Source of the DNA: Nitrospirales bacterium | Lineage (GTDB): Bacteria; Nitrospirota; Nitrospiria; Nitrospirales; UBA8639 | DNA: 64,000 nucleotides | NCBI GenBank assembly: GCA_963555755.3 | Contig: OY820905.2 | Coordinates: 4,320,001 to 4,384,000 of the forward strand | Direction: 5' to 3' | Shown: one piece after another, positions 53,495 through 63,076 of the stretch | How positions within the stretch are numbered: the stretch's first letter is position 1 | Layout of the letters: every line of letters begins with the position of its first letter | Made by a program: the position numbers and the translations under genes | The notes under the pieces: model-generated | What the model was told of the DNA's origin: nothing | Seen by the model: only the letters and a program-made list of their open reading frames with translations | The model's database searches: none

Positions 53495-55216
53495 CTAAAT
53501 GTTTGGAAGTTGAAAGGACGATAGTTGTTCGGCCAAATACGCGGTGACGTGGCTGGGCTCGATTTGGGCTACTTCTCCTGTTCGTCGATCTTTGATCTCG
53601 ATAATCCCCCTGGCGAGCCCTCTGTCTCCAATGGTGACGTGGTAGGGTGCCCCGATCAGGTCCGCATCATTAAATTTCACTCCGGCGCGTTCGTCGCGAT
53701 CGTCCCATAAGACTTCTATCCCTGCTTCTGTTAATGCCTGATAGAGTGACTGGGTGGTCTCCTGAACTTTTTCAGAAGCCGTGACTGGGAGAAGATGAAC
53801 GTGAAACGGGGCTATCGGGGCAGGCCAGATCATCCCTTTGGCATCGTGATTTTGTTCAATAGAGGCTGCAGCCGTGCGGCTGACCCCAATCCCATAGCAT
53901 CCCATAATGGGTAAGGTTTCTTTACCCTGCTCATCGAGGAAGGTGGCTCCCATGGCTTGGCTGTATTTAATGCCGAGAAGGAAGACATGGCCGACTTCAA
54001 TGCCCTTGGCCGATGACAAAGGGGTTTGGGTTCGTGGTGAAGGGTCACCAGCCTGAGCCTGACGCAAATCCGCAAAGGTTTCCACTTTGAAGTCCCGATC
54101 CCAATTCGCATTCAGCAAGTGGGTATCATTGGCATTTCCGCCCACCACAATATTTTTCATGGCTCGTACGGCCTGATCCGCCACAATCCGTATTCCGTCC
54201 AACCCCACGGGACCGGCAAATCCTACTGGCGCTGAAGTCACTTTGGTGACGGTTTCCGGATCGGCCAAGGTAAGCTCGGTCGTGGCCAGCAGACGATTGA
54301 TCTTGATTTCATTGGCTTCGTGGTCACCGCGCACTAATACGGCGACGACTTCGTCTTCGGGCGTTTGGTACAGGAGCGTTTTCACCAGTCGTTCAGGAGA
54401 GATCTTTAAAAATGTACAGACATCCTCAACCGTTTTCATTCCCGGTGTCTGTACATGTTTGAGAGGTAACGCTTGTTCAGTTGACATGTCTGCCGGTGGC
54501 AGAACTTCAGCCTGTTCAACATTCGCGGCATAAGTCCCGTGCTCTTCGTACAAAATGGTTTCTTCCCCAGTTTCCGCCAGGACCATAAATTCATGGGACA
54601 TGCTTCCACCGATCATGCCGTTGTCTGCTTCGACCGCGCGAAAATTCAGCCCGCACCGCGTGAAGATGCGTTGGTAGGCCTCATACATCTTCTGGTAGCT
54701 CACCCGAGCGCTGGTGTCATCACGATCAAAGCTGTACGCATCTTTCATGATGAATTCGCGTCCACGCATGAGGCCAAACCGGGGTCGGATTTCATCACGA
54801 AATTTTGTTTGGATTTGGTAGCAGTTGAGGGGCAACTGGCGATAGGAGCGGATTTCTCGCCTGAACAAATCTGTGATCACTTCTTCGTGGGTTGGCCCAA
54901 AGCAAAAGTCGCGATCATGCCGGTCCTGGCATCGTAGTAATTCTTTTCCATAAAAGTCCCATCGACCGGTTTCGCGCCAGAGTTCGGCAGGAGAGAGAAT
55001 GGGCATCAGGATTTCCTGTGCACCAGCTCGATTCATCTCTTCACGAATGATGCCCTCAATTTTCCTAATGACCCGAAGGCCCATTGGTAAATAGGTATAA
55101 ATTCCCGCCGCGACCCTTCGGATCAAGCCGGCTCTGAGCATGAGCCGATGGCTGACGACTTCGGCTTCACCGGGATCTTCACGAAGGGTTGGAATCAAGA
55201 CTTGAGAAGTTCGCAT
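53495..55216 (-). CDS. proS: Proline--tRNA ligase
   Basis: GPTHEE, FRDEIRPRFGLMRGREF.MKDAYSF, INS editing domain, MGCYGIG, anticodon-binding domain. Confidence 0.98.
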   Translation of the reverse strand: MRTSQVLIPTLREDPGEAEVVSHRLMLRAGLIRRVAAGIYTYLPMGLRVIRKIEGIIREEMNRAGAQEILMPILSPAELWRETGRWDFYGKELLRCQDRHDRDFCFGPTHEEVITDLFRREIRSYRQLPLNCYQIQTKFRDEIRPRFGLMRGREFIMKDAYSFDRDDTSARVSYQKMYEAYQRIFTRCGLNFRAVEADNGMIGGSMSHEFMVLAETGEETILYEEHGTYAANVEQAEVLPPADMSTEQALPLKHVQTPGMKTVEDVCTFLKISPERLVKTLLYQTPEDEVVAVLVRGDHEANEIKINRLLATTELTLADPETVTKVTSAPVGFAGPVGLDGIRIVADQAVRAMKNIVVGGNANDTHLLNANWDRDFKVETFADLRQAQAGDPSPRTQTPLSSAKGIEVGHVFLLGIKYSQAMGATFLDEQGKETLPIMGCYGIGVSRTAAASIEQNHDAKGMIWPAPIAPFHVHLLPVTASEKVQETTQSLYQALTEAGIEVLWDDRDERAGVKFNDADLIGAPYHVTIGDRGLARGIIEIKDRRTGEVAQIEPSHVTAYLAEQLSSFQLPNI

Positions 55217-55325
55217 AATCGAAAGGCCTTTTTACAAATAAAAATAAAGGGAAAGCTGGCTTGGTGTTCCTTCTGTTCTTCTTGTTATCGTGAGAAGCAG
55301 AGGATTTTGTCAAGAGGGGAACTAG

Positions 55326-56690
55326 TTATTGAAGGAGGCGTTGGATATCGTTGAAAAAGGCAAAGATCATGAGGCTGAAGAGCAACAGCATTCCAACTTG
55401 CTGGGCAAACTCACGCTGGCGATCTCCGAGTGGACGACGCAAGATGGCTTCACAGGCAAAGAAAAAGAGGTGGCCTCCATCTAAAATGGGAATGGGTAGC
55501 AGATTGAGTATGCCGAGGTTGATGCTCAAGATCGCCACCAATAACACCAGATTGGACATGCCGTTTTCCGCAGCTTGCCCCGAGGCGCTGGCAATCATGA
55601 TGGGCCCACCAAGATTTTTCGATGAAATCTCTCCGGTGAGGATCTTGTAAATGCCGACGACGGTCAATTCCGACCATCCCCACGTGGCCTGAATGCCGTA
55701 AAACAGGGCCGTCAGGGGAGAATCCGCGCGGACGATTGAACGCCCAGGCCCGGTGATGCCAATTTTCCCAATTTCTATGGGCAGATCATGTTCCGTGGTC
55801 TCGAAAGGTTCTGGCGTAACCGTGAGTGTGATGAGGGCACCGTGTCGATCCACACGAAATTCGAGGGGTTGATTGGCACTCCCTCTGACGATTTTCGTCA
55901 TTTGGGACCACGTATGAATCGGCTCGTCCTCTATCGCCACGATCCGATCGTTTTCTTGTAGCCCGCCAGCCATGGCTGGCATGTCCGGCATGACGGACGT
56001 CACGACCGGTGCCGCTTCTTCGATTCCAATGAGGTAGACCGGTTCATCGGTTGGGTTGGGGTCCATGAGTTCGGGAGTGACGACAAACGTTTTGTGTTGT
56101 CCACCTCGCAGGATTTCAACGGTGAGAGGGCGTCCCTGACTTTCGGCGATCATCGCAAAGACGTCGTGGTGTGTCGTGATCTCTTGCTCATTGATCCGTG
56201 TGACCTTATCGCCGATTTCAAGCCCGGCTGTCCTGGCGGGCGACTCGGCTCGTATCGCTTGAATCGTCGGAGTTATTTCTTCGAAGGTTGGTATGGGAAG
56301 TGGAGCACCAGTTGCCAGCCACGCACTAAAAATGAGATAGCTCAGGAGGAAGTTAAACCCTGGGCCAGCCGCGACAATGAGCGTGCGTTTCCACAAAGAT
56401 TTATGGACGAACGATTCTTCCTGCTCTTGAGGAGAGATCGATTCGCCCAGATCTTCACCGAACATTTTGACGTATCCGCCCAGGGGAAACAGCGAGACGA
56501 TATATTCGGTATCCCCAACTTTGCGGCTAAACAATTTCGGGCCGAACCCGAGCGAAAATTTGAGTACCTTGACCCCGGCCCATCTGGCAACGATGAAGTG
56601 GCCGAACTCGTGAAACGTCACGAGCACACCCAGGACTACCAGAAACCACCAGAGCTTTTGACCAATGACGTAAATGAGATCAGGGGACAT
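55326..56690 (-). CDS. rseP: RIP metalloprotease RseP
   Basis: HEFGH, two PDZ domains, NLLPIPILDGG. Confidence 0.96.
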   Translation of the reverse strand: MSPDLIYVIGQKLWWFLVVLGVLVTFHEFGHFIVARWAGVKVLKFSLGFGPKLFSRKVGDTEYIVSLFPLGGYVKMFGEDLGESISPQEQEESFVHKSLWKRTLIVAAGPGFNFLLSYLIFSAWLATGAPLPIPTFEEITPTIQAIRAESPARTAGLEIGDKVTRINEQEITTHHDVFAMIAESQGRPLTVEILRGGQHKTFVVTPELMDPNPTDEPVYLIGIEEAAPVVTSVMPDMPAMAGGLQENDRIVAIEDEPIHTWSQMTKIVRGSANQPLEFRVDRHGALITLTVTPEPFETTEHDLPIEIGKIGITGPGRSIVRADSPLTALFYGIQATWGWSELTVVGIYKILTGEISSKNLGGPIMIASASGQAAENGMSNLVLLVAILSINLGILNLLPIPILDGGHLFFFACEAILRRPLGDRQREFAQQVGMLLLFSLMIFAFFNDIQRLLQ

Positions 56691-56726
56691 AGAGTTTAGT
56701 ACGAACCAAGGTTGTAGGAAGACATT

Positions 56727-57887
56727 TTATGATGTCAGGCTGTGAATACACGATTCCGCTTTTTCCCGAGCCCATCGGTCTGCTTCCAGTGCATCATCAA
56801 TGTAGGTTAAGGTTTGAGGCGTTGCCGCGTTCATAGTGTGATCAATCACCTGGGCAATGTCCACAAATGAAATGCCGCTGTTGAGAAAGGCCTCGACGGC
56901 AACCTCATTGGCGGCATTCAACACCGCAGGCAATGTGCCTCCTCCTTTGAGTGCTTCGTAGGCCAAATCCAAACAGGGAAATCGTGTCGTGTCCGGTTGA
57001 TAAAACGTCAATTTTCCATATTTCCAAAGATCAAGCTGTGGCGGATCCAAAGGAACGCGTTCTGGATAACTCATGGCGTATGAAATGGGTGTGCGCATAT
57101 CTGGCAACCCGAGCTGGGCTATCACCGATCCATCTCGATATTCTACCAGAGAATGAATGATACTTTCTCGGTGAACCACGATATCAAGTTGAGACGGCGG
57201 GCAATCGAAGAGCCATCGGGCCTCGATGACTTCGAGCCCTTTATTCATGAGCGTGGCCGAATCAATGGTAATTTTCGCGCCCATGTCCCAATTGGGGTGT
57301 TTCAGGGCTTTTTCCAGAGTGGCATCCTTCATTTGTTCGTAGGTAAAGTCCCAAAACGGACCTCCTGAAGCCGTCAAGATGATGCGCCGGACATCCTCAC
57401 GGCGATGGCCAACCAGGGCCTGGAAGATCGCGCTGTGCTCGCTATCAATCGGGAAGATTGGCAGCCCTTGTCGATGCGCTTCTTCTTGCATCAACTGGCC
57501 GGCCATCACCATCGGTTCCTTGTTCGCCAACGCCACACGCCGACCGGCCTGAATCGCCGCCAGTGTGGGGACTAACCCTGCGGCTCCGACGATCGCGGAA
57601 ATGACGAGATCACTGTCCGGGTGACAGGCGACGTCTTTGATCCCCTGCGGTCCATCCAAAATCTGCACGGTTGAATCATTGAGACGATCACGCAAACGCT
57701 TCGCGGCTTGGGGATCGGACAGGGCTACAACCTTTGGACGAAACGTTCGAATCTGTTCTTCGAGCTTGTCGTCACTCTTCCCGGCGACGAGTCCGAGGAC
57801 GGAGAACCGATCAGGAAATCTCGTGATAATGTCCAACGTACTGGCCCCGATGGAGCCGGTAGATCCAAGAATAATGATCTGTTTCAT
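56727..57887 (-). CDS. dxr: 1-deoxy-D-xylulose 5-phosphate reductoisomerase
   Basis: LGSTGSIG, LANKE, PIDSEH, TASGGPF, HPNW.MG.KITIDSAT. Confidence 0.98.
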   Translation of the reverse strand: MKQIIILGSTGSIGASTLDIITRFPDRFSVLGLVAGKSDDKLEEQIRTFRPKVVALSDPQAAKRLRDRLNDSTVQILDGPQGIKDVACHPDSDLVISAIVGAAGLVPTLAAIQAGRRVALANKEPMVMAGQLMQEEAHRQGLPIFPIDSEHSAIFQALVGHRREDVRRIILTASGGPFWDFTYEQMKDATLEKALKHPNWDMGAKITIDSATLMNKGLEVIEARWLFDCPPSQLDIVVHRESIIHSLVEYRDGSVIAQLGLPDMRTPISYAMSYPERVPLDPPQLDLWKYGKLTFYQPDTTRFPCLDLAYEALKGGGTLPAVLNAANEVAVEAFLNSGISFVDIAQVIDHTMNAATPQTLTYIDDALEADRWAREKAESCIHSLTS

Positions 57888-57907
57888 AATGTTGGCTTCA
57901 TAATTCA

Positions 57908-58063
57908 GGGCTCGCGCAAGACTAACTTCCCTTGTTTGGGCGTCGATCCATCCCGTCTGGCGGCGGTGCTCGTCCTTTCCATACGAGGAGTATGCGCAGT
58001 CCTCGCGCCTTGCCAGACAGGTGTCTCAGCACCCAAACAAGGGAAGTTAGTTTTACGCGAACC
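57908..58063. mobile_element. MITE family A copy 4
   Basis: Family A body between cdsA and dxr, abutting the cdsA stop. Confidence 0.85.
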
Positions 58064-58951
58064 TTAAGACAGGGCCATGGAGTTTTTGATGACGACCATA
58101 TAATAATAGAATGTAGGCACAGTGAGAAGGAGGCTGTCAATGCGGTCCAAGAATCCTCCATGGCCGGGGATCAAGCTCCCTGAATCTTTGGCTCCGGCCT
58201 GGCGCTTAAACGCGGACTCCGAAAGATCTCCCACGGTGCCCAGAAGGGTCAGTGCGATTCCCAAGATCACGCAATCGGCCACGGTGAATGTCGGTAAAAA
58301 CCAGAGGCTTGCCATCCATGCGATGAGCGTGGCGCCAATCAAACCACCCACTAAGCCTTCGATGGTTTTCTTGGGGCTCAGGATGGGGGCCAAGGGTCGA
58401 GAGCCAAAACCCCTGCCGACGAAATAGGCGGCGGCATCTCCACCCCACGTGACCAGCAAGACAAAAAATATCAAAAATGGGCCGTCCGGGAGTGTTCGAA
58501 TCCTGAGGAAATGGCCGAGGGTGAGACTGATATAGAACACGCCGAACAAGAGCATGGGAATATTGCCGAACGATGGTGAGGGCGCCATCCACACTTGATA
58601 GGCAATCAGCACGGCAAGGATGGTAATACAAGTCGTGTGAAATCCGATCAAAGCCGGCCATTGCAGGGAGACCAAGATGATGCCTCCGCAGAAGAGCCCA
58701 ACGAGCGATGATTGCCGGTGGTGTTCGTCTACAAAAGTGAGACTGTAAAATTCCCACATGGCCAAACATGAAACGACTGTGATGAGGATAAAGAAAAAGA
58801 TGGGAGGTAAGTGACGCGTGAGAAGATAAAACAGAGGAACAAACACCAGCGCGGAGTACACCCGTTTGGGATCAAACGGTTTTGGCGGTTCTGAGGGAAT
58901 CAGGTCTGGAGTCTTCGAAGATGAGGGTGAGGAACCGGCATGAGGTTTCAC
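58064..58951 (-). CDS. cdsA: Phosphatidate cytidylyltransferase
   Basis: SPKKTIEG, GDLSES.FKR..G.KDSG.LIPGHGG.LDR.DS; likely GTG start overlapping the uppS stop. Confidence 0.95.
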   Translation of the reverse strand: MKPHAGSSPSSSKTPDLIPSEPPKPFDPKRVYSALVFVPLFYLLTRHLPPIFFFILITVVSCLAMWEFYSLTFVDEHHRQSSLVGLFCGGIILVSLQWPALIGFHTTCITILAVLIAYQVWMAPSPSFGNIPMLLFGVFYISLTLGHFLRIRTLPDGPFLIFFVLLVTWGGDAAAYFVGRGFGSRPLAPILSPKKTIEGLVGGLIGATLIAWMASLWFLPTFTVADCVILGIALTLLGTVGDLSESAFKRQAGAKDSGSLIPGHGGFLDRIDSLLLTVPTFYYYMVVIKNSMALS

Positions 58952-59745
58952 GAGCCACGTTGCGAGGAAGCGGTCTGAGACACACGTCCAAACCGACGAT
59001 CTCGTTTTTGGTAATCCAGTAGGGCCAAGAGTACCTCTCGACGCCGAAAGTCTGGCCACTGGACTTTGGTGAAGTGCAATTCCGTATAGGCAAGTTGCCA
59101 AAGAAGAAAATTGCTGATCCGGGCCTCGCCACTGGTGCGAATCAGCAAATCCGGGTCGGGCAAGTCAGCCGTCGTTAGATACTGTTCAAATTGGCCTTCC
59201 GTGATAGGGATAGAGACCTTCCCGTTGCGAGCGTCCTCCAGCAGGTCATTGACCGCATCAATGATTTCCGATCGGCCACCGTAACTCAAGGCGACGGTTA
59301 ATATCCGGTCGGTGAAATGTGCAGTTTCTTCCGCGACATCATTGACCACGGCTTGGGTGGATATTGGTAAGGCGTTCAAGCGACCGATCGGCAAAAATCG
59401 CATTTTCCGATCTTGGAATGTTTGTCGCTCCTTTTGAAGAAATTGCTCAAGAAGGGTCATCAGTAAGGCAACTTCCGCGCGTGGCCGGTTCCAGTTTTCC
59501 TGAGAGAAGGCGTAAATGGTAAGAATGGGAATCGATAATTCGTCGAAAAAGTTAATGACCTCACGGAGGGCTGACAGCCCTTCCCGATGGCCGGCAATGC
59601 GGGGCAGGCCTCGCGAAGCGGCCCATCGTCCATTCCCGTCCATGATGATCGCGACATGGCGAGGCATGAGGTCAGGCTCAAGGCTCAACTGCAGCTCCTG
59701 CTCAGTGAGTTCCGAATGAATATCCGGTGCTGAAAATGTGTCCAT
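58948..59745 (-). CDS. uppS: Isoprenyl transferase (undecaprenyl diphosphate synthase)
   Basis: HVAIIMDGNGRWA, YAFS.ENW.RP, DLLIRTSGE.RISNFLLWQ; start set at ATG 59745. Confidence 0.96.
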   Translation of the reverse strand: MDTFSAPDIHSELTEQELQLSLEPDLMPRHVAIIMDGNGRWAASRGLPRIAGHREGLSALREVINFFDELSIPILTIYAFSQENWNRPRAEVALLMTLLEQFLQKERQTFQDRKMRFLPIGRLNALPISTQAVVNDVAEETAHFTDRILTVALSYGGRSEIIDAVNDLLEDARNGKVSIPITEGQFEQYLTTADLPDPDLLIRTSGEARISNFLLWQLAYTELHFTKVQWPDFRRREVLLALLDYQKRDRRFGRVSQTASSQRGS

Positions 59746-59930
59746 GCTGTCCAGGAAAGACCTTACGTAGAAACGATCCCCTCGAAAGGGGGATACGACA
59801 TAAAAACTAAGTCTAATCGGCATGTTCGGTCTTGTCAATCTTCTCTAAGCAGGTCCACGCATTTTTCATTGAGTCTATGCTGTGGGGGTTAATTGAGACC
59901 GTCGTGACAAATAGCCTTTCCAGGTTCAGC

Positions 59931-60725
59931 GTTCGTGGGTTAAAGGGTTCACGGTTGAGAGTGAAAGAGGTGTTAAGATTGATTTGTTTGAACATATTGA
60001 AGTTGGCAAAAGGACGATGCGAAGTTTCTAGAGCCAAACCCTGAACCTTTCAACGTTGAACCTGAAAATGCTGACAATTGCGTCACTGTGTTCGTGGGTT
60101 AAAGGGTTCACGGTTGAGAGTGAAAGAGGTGTTAAGATTGATTTGTTTGAACATATTGAAGTTGGCAAAAGGACGATGCGAAGTTTCTAGAGCCAAACCC
60201 TGAACCTTTCAACGTTGAACCTGAAAATGCTGACAATTGCGTCACTGTGTTCGTGGGTTAAAGGGTTCACGGTTGAGAGTGAAAGAGGTGTTAAGATTGA
60301 TTTGTTTGAACATATTGAAGTTGGCAAAAGGACGATGCGAAGTTTCTAGAGCCAAACCCTGAACCTTTCAACGTTGAACCTGAAAATGCTGACAATTGCG
60401 TCACTGTGTTCGTGGGTTAAAGGGTTCACGGTTGAGAGTGAAAGAGGTGTTAAGATTGATTTGTTTGAACATATTGAAGTTGGCAAAAGGACGATGCGAA
60501 GTTTCTAGAGCCAAACCCTGAACCTTTCAACGTTGAACCTGAAAATGCTGACAATTGCGTCACTGTGTTCGTGGGTTAAAGGGTTCACGGTTGAGAGTGA
60601 AAGAGGTGTTAAGATTGATTTGTTTGAACATATTGAAGTTGGCAAAAGGACGATGCGAAGTTTCTAGAGCCAAACCCTGAACCTTTCAACGTTGAACCTG
60701 AAAATGCTGACAATTGCGTCACTGT
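59931..60725. repeat. Five identical tandem 159-bp units
   Basis: Units start at 59931, 60090, 60249, 60408 and 60567; no variable spacers. Confidence 0.95.
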
Positions 60726-61409
60726 AAGGCCTCGGTTATACCTCAGTTTTTCCGTGAAGTCGAAGAATTGCTGGCCGAACGCGGCATCACCGTCACCTAT
60801 GAAACCGTTCGTCAATGGTGCCGAAAGTTTGAGTCGGTCGATGCGAGGAAATTGAAGAAGCGACAAGGTCGTCTCGGTGATACGTGGCATCTTGATGAAG
60901 TGTTTGTGTCCATCCACGGCGAACAGCAGTATCTCTGGCGAGCCATGGATCAAGACGGCGATACCATTGATATGTTGGTGCAACGCCGACGCAATACACA
61001 AGCGGCGGTCCGCTTCTTCCGCCGCTTACTGAAAGGCCAAGGCCGTGAGCCGCGCTGGATGATCACCGACACACTCAAAAGCTACGGGGCCGCACACCGG
61101 GCCGTCAGGCCGACCGTCGAGCATATCAATGCGGTCTACGCCAATAACCGAGTTGAAGTGTCACACCAACCCACGCGGCAACAAGAATATCATATGCGAG
61201 GGTTTTCTTCAGCAACTCACGCTCAACGGTTTTTGACGTTACACGGACTCACACAGAATCTCTTTCGTCTCGGCCGCCACCTCATGCAGACGGTCCATTA
61301 TCGACTGTTGCGCACCCAGGCCTTTCAGGTCTGGGAGGCAGCGGTGTGCGCATAAGCAGCTTGGGGTAGCTGGTTCAATGTGCCCATCGATCGTGAAGTT
61401 GACAATACC
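60726..61409 (+). mobile_element. IS6-family element, 5'-truncated
   Basis: FREVEELLAERGITVTYETVRQW, WHLDE, YLWRA.D, ITD, NNRVE.SH; right IR AAGTTGACAATACC at 61396-61409. Confidence 0.88.
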
Positions 61410-61570
61410 CCAGGGCGTTATGGGCAAATACCATCAAGGCCATTGCGGGCCGCGTGCAGAGTTTTGGGCCGTTAAATGGTTGGCGGAATTCTGATTCGTG
61501 CTTGTTCAGTTTCCTGAGACTCTGGTTCGGGCGGCCACAGACATTGTTGTATTCGCTGCGGAATGACGCC

Positions 61571-62119
61571 TTATTGATTAATGGTGTATTTGACATTCCA
61601 GTACTTGTCACTACTGTTCCACGATTTTTGGCAGGCGATCGTACAGGTCGCACACAGATTAACCAGGCTGGCTGTTTTGCAATCGTACGGCGTAAAAAAT
61701 GTAGCTTCGCCGCCTCTAAGCTGGAAATTGCCAATTTGGAACGAGCAAACGGCCGCAGCCGTGGTTGCACCAGTGTCCATTTCTAGCTTAACCAGGACAT
61801 CTTTTGAAGAACTAGTTATGGCCGTGGAGATACCGAAGTTTTGATGATCTTTATCGCCTGGTGAGAGTTCCAGGGTGTTTTTCAAATTGCCGTCTCTGAG
61901 GTACCTGACTGAAAACGTCATGTCGGTATTGTTTTTTATTCTGACCTTCGCTTTTTTAGCTTTTAAACCGGGGCCCGATTTCTCCGTGTAAACACAGTTT
62001 CCTGCCATTGCTGTCGATGCTAAGGCAATTCCGCATAGCATGCTGAACATCAGGATTGAACAGATCATTTTCCCGGTTTGGTTGTTAAGTCCCATAGCAG
62101 AAACCTCCTTGTTGGCCAA
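61571..62119 (-). CDS. Secreted hypothetical protein
   Basis: Hydrophobic signal (…ASTAMA|G) and a Cys-containing mature part. The true start may be the internal Met (MGLNNQ) after AAGGAGG. Confidence 0.65.
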   Translation of the reverse strand: MANKEVSAMGLNNQTGKMICSILMFSMLCGIALASTAMAGNCVYTEKSGPGLKAKKAKVRIKNNTDMTFSVRYLRDGNLKNTLELSPGDKDHQNFGISTAITSSSKDVLVKLEMDTGATTAAAVCSFQIGNFQLRGGEATFFTPYDCKTASLVNLCATCTIACQKSWNSSDKYWNVKYTINQ

Positions 62120-62212
62120 TCGGTGTATATTAGGAAGGATTTAGGTAATATACCCAGAAATCCATCGCTATTGAGTAGCTCGTTCTCGAAACCATTTACC
62201 TTGCTCGTTGCG

Positions 62213-62750
62213 TCACCCTCTAAATTTTGCGACCCGATGATGCATGTGTCTTTGTTCTAGTCCTTCTTGCTCAAAGTGATTGTGAGCTTTTCCACCGTCA
62301 TGGTGGGCATGAACTGTTCCATCAATATAGCAAGGTGTGTTGTCAATCAAATCCTTCATGAATACATCATCTATGTTTAGGATCATGGTGGATGCTTCAA
62401 CTGCAGTTTTGAAAACCTGTTGTTTTGCAGCCACTGTTTCTATGATTTCAGATGATGACACGCCAGATATTTTCCTCAGGTTGGAATTAATCTCACCCCA
62501 TTTCACATTTCCATTATACTAGATACTAGACTTTGAAATTTTGTCCATAATAGTATTAAAGTAACTAATACATTCATCCCTAAATTACGTGCTAATGTCA
62601 ATGGTATTTCCTCTCCAGCATCAGCAAATCTCTCTACTGCGATTTGCTCCTTACTTTCAACAGTTCCAGCTCGCTGACTAATTTTTAGTACTACAATCCC
62701 CTCAGCAGAACCAGCACCATGTACAAGGAACAGATTTTCCTCATGGTACA
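62213..62750 (-). pseudogene. Decayed 3' fragment of a group II chaperonin (thermosome), thaumarchaeal-like
   Basis: GAGSAE...EQIAVERFADA.EEIPLTLARN.GM, then a frameshift, then IIET..KQQVFKTAVEASTMILNIDDVFMKDLIDN...DGTVHAHHDGGKAHNHFEQEGLEQR. AT-rich. Confidence 0.75.
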
Positions 62751-63076
62751 ACGCTTCCAAGTGAATGTGGAAGTCAGAGACTTCAACGCCGGTAGGGAAG
62801 AAGTCTGTCTTAGTGATATTGGCCTTAGCGAAAGCCACTTGTGCCGATGTGCCCGTGTGCTGCGATGTTGATTCCTCGGGTTATCGCAGATACGAAGCCG
62901 TGGCTATACCGTAAGGTGGGGTGGGACCAAGGTCTGACCTGATGACACAGCCATAGCCAGGCAGGGCCTTTAAAAAAACCCGCCAGTTTCTCAAATTTTA
63001 TCAATCTAAAACGTGAGATGGGAGGAAGAATATGAAAATACAAACAATCATATGGCTTGGGTCTGGGGTCAGGTCT

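Noticed and set aside
59931..60725. CRISPR array
   Set aside because: Units are identical over their full 159 bp with no unique spacers, and no cas genes are in the window.
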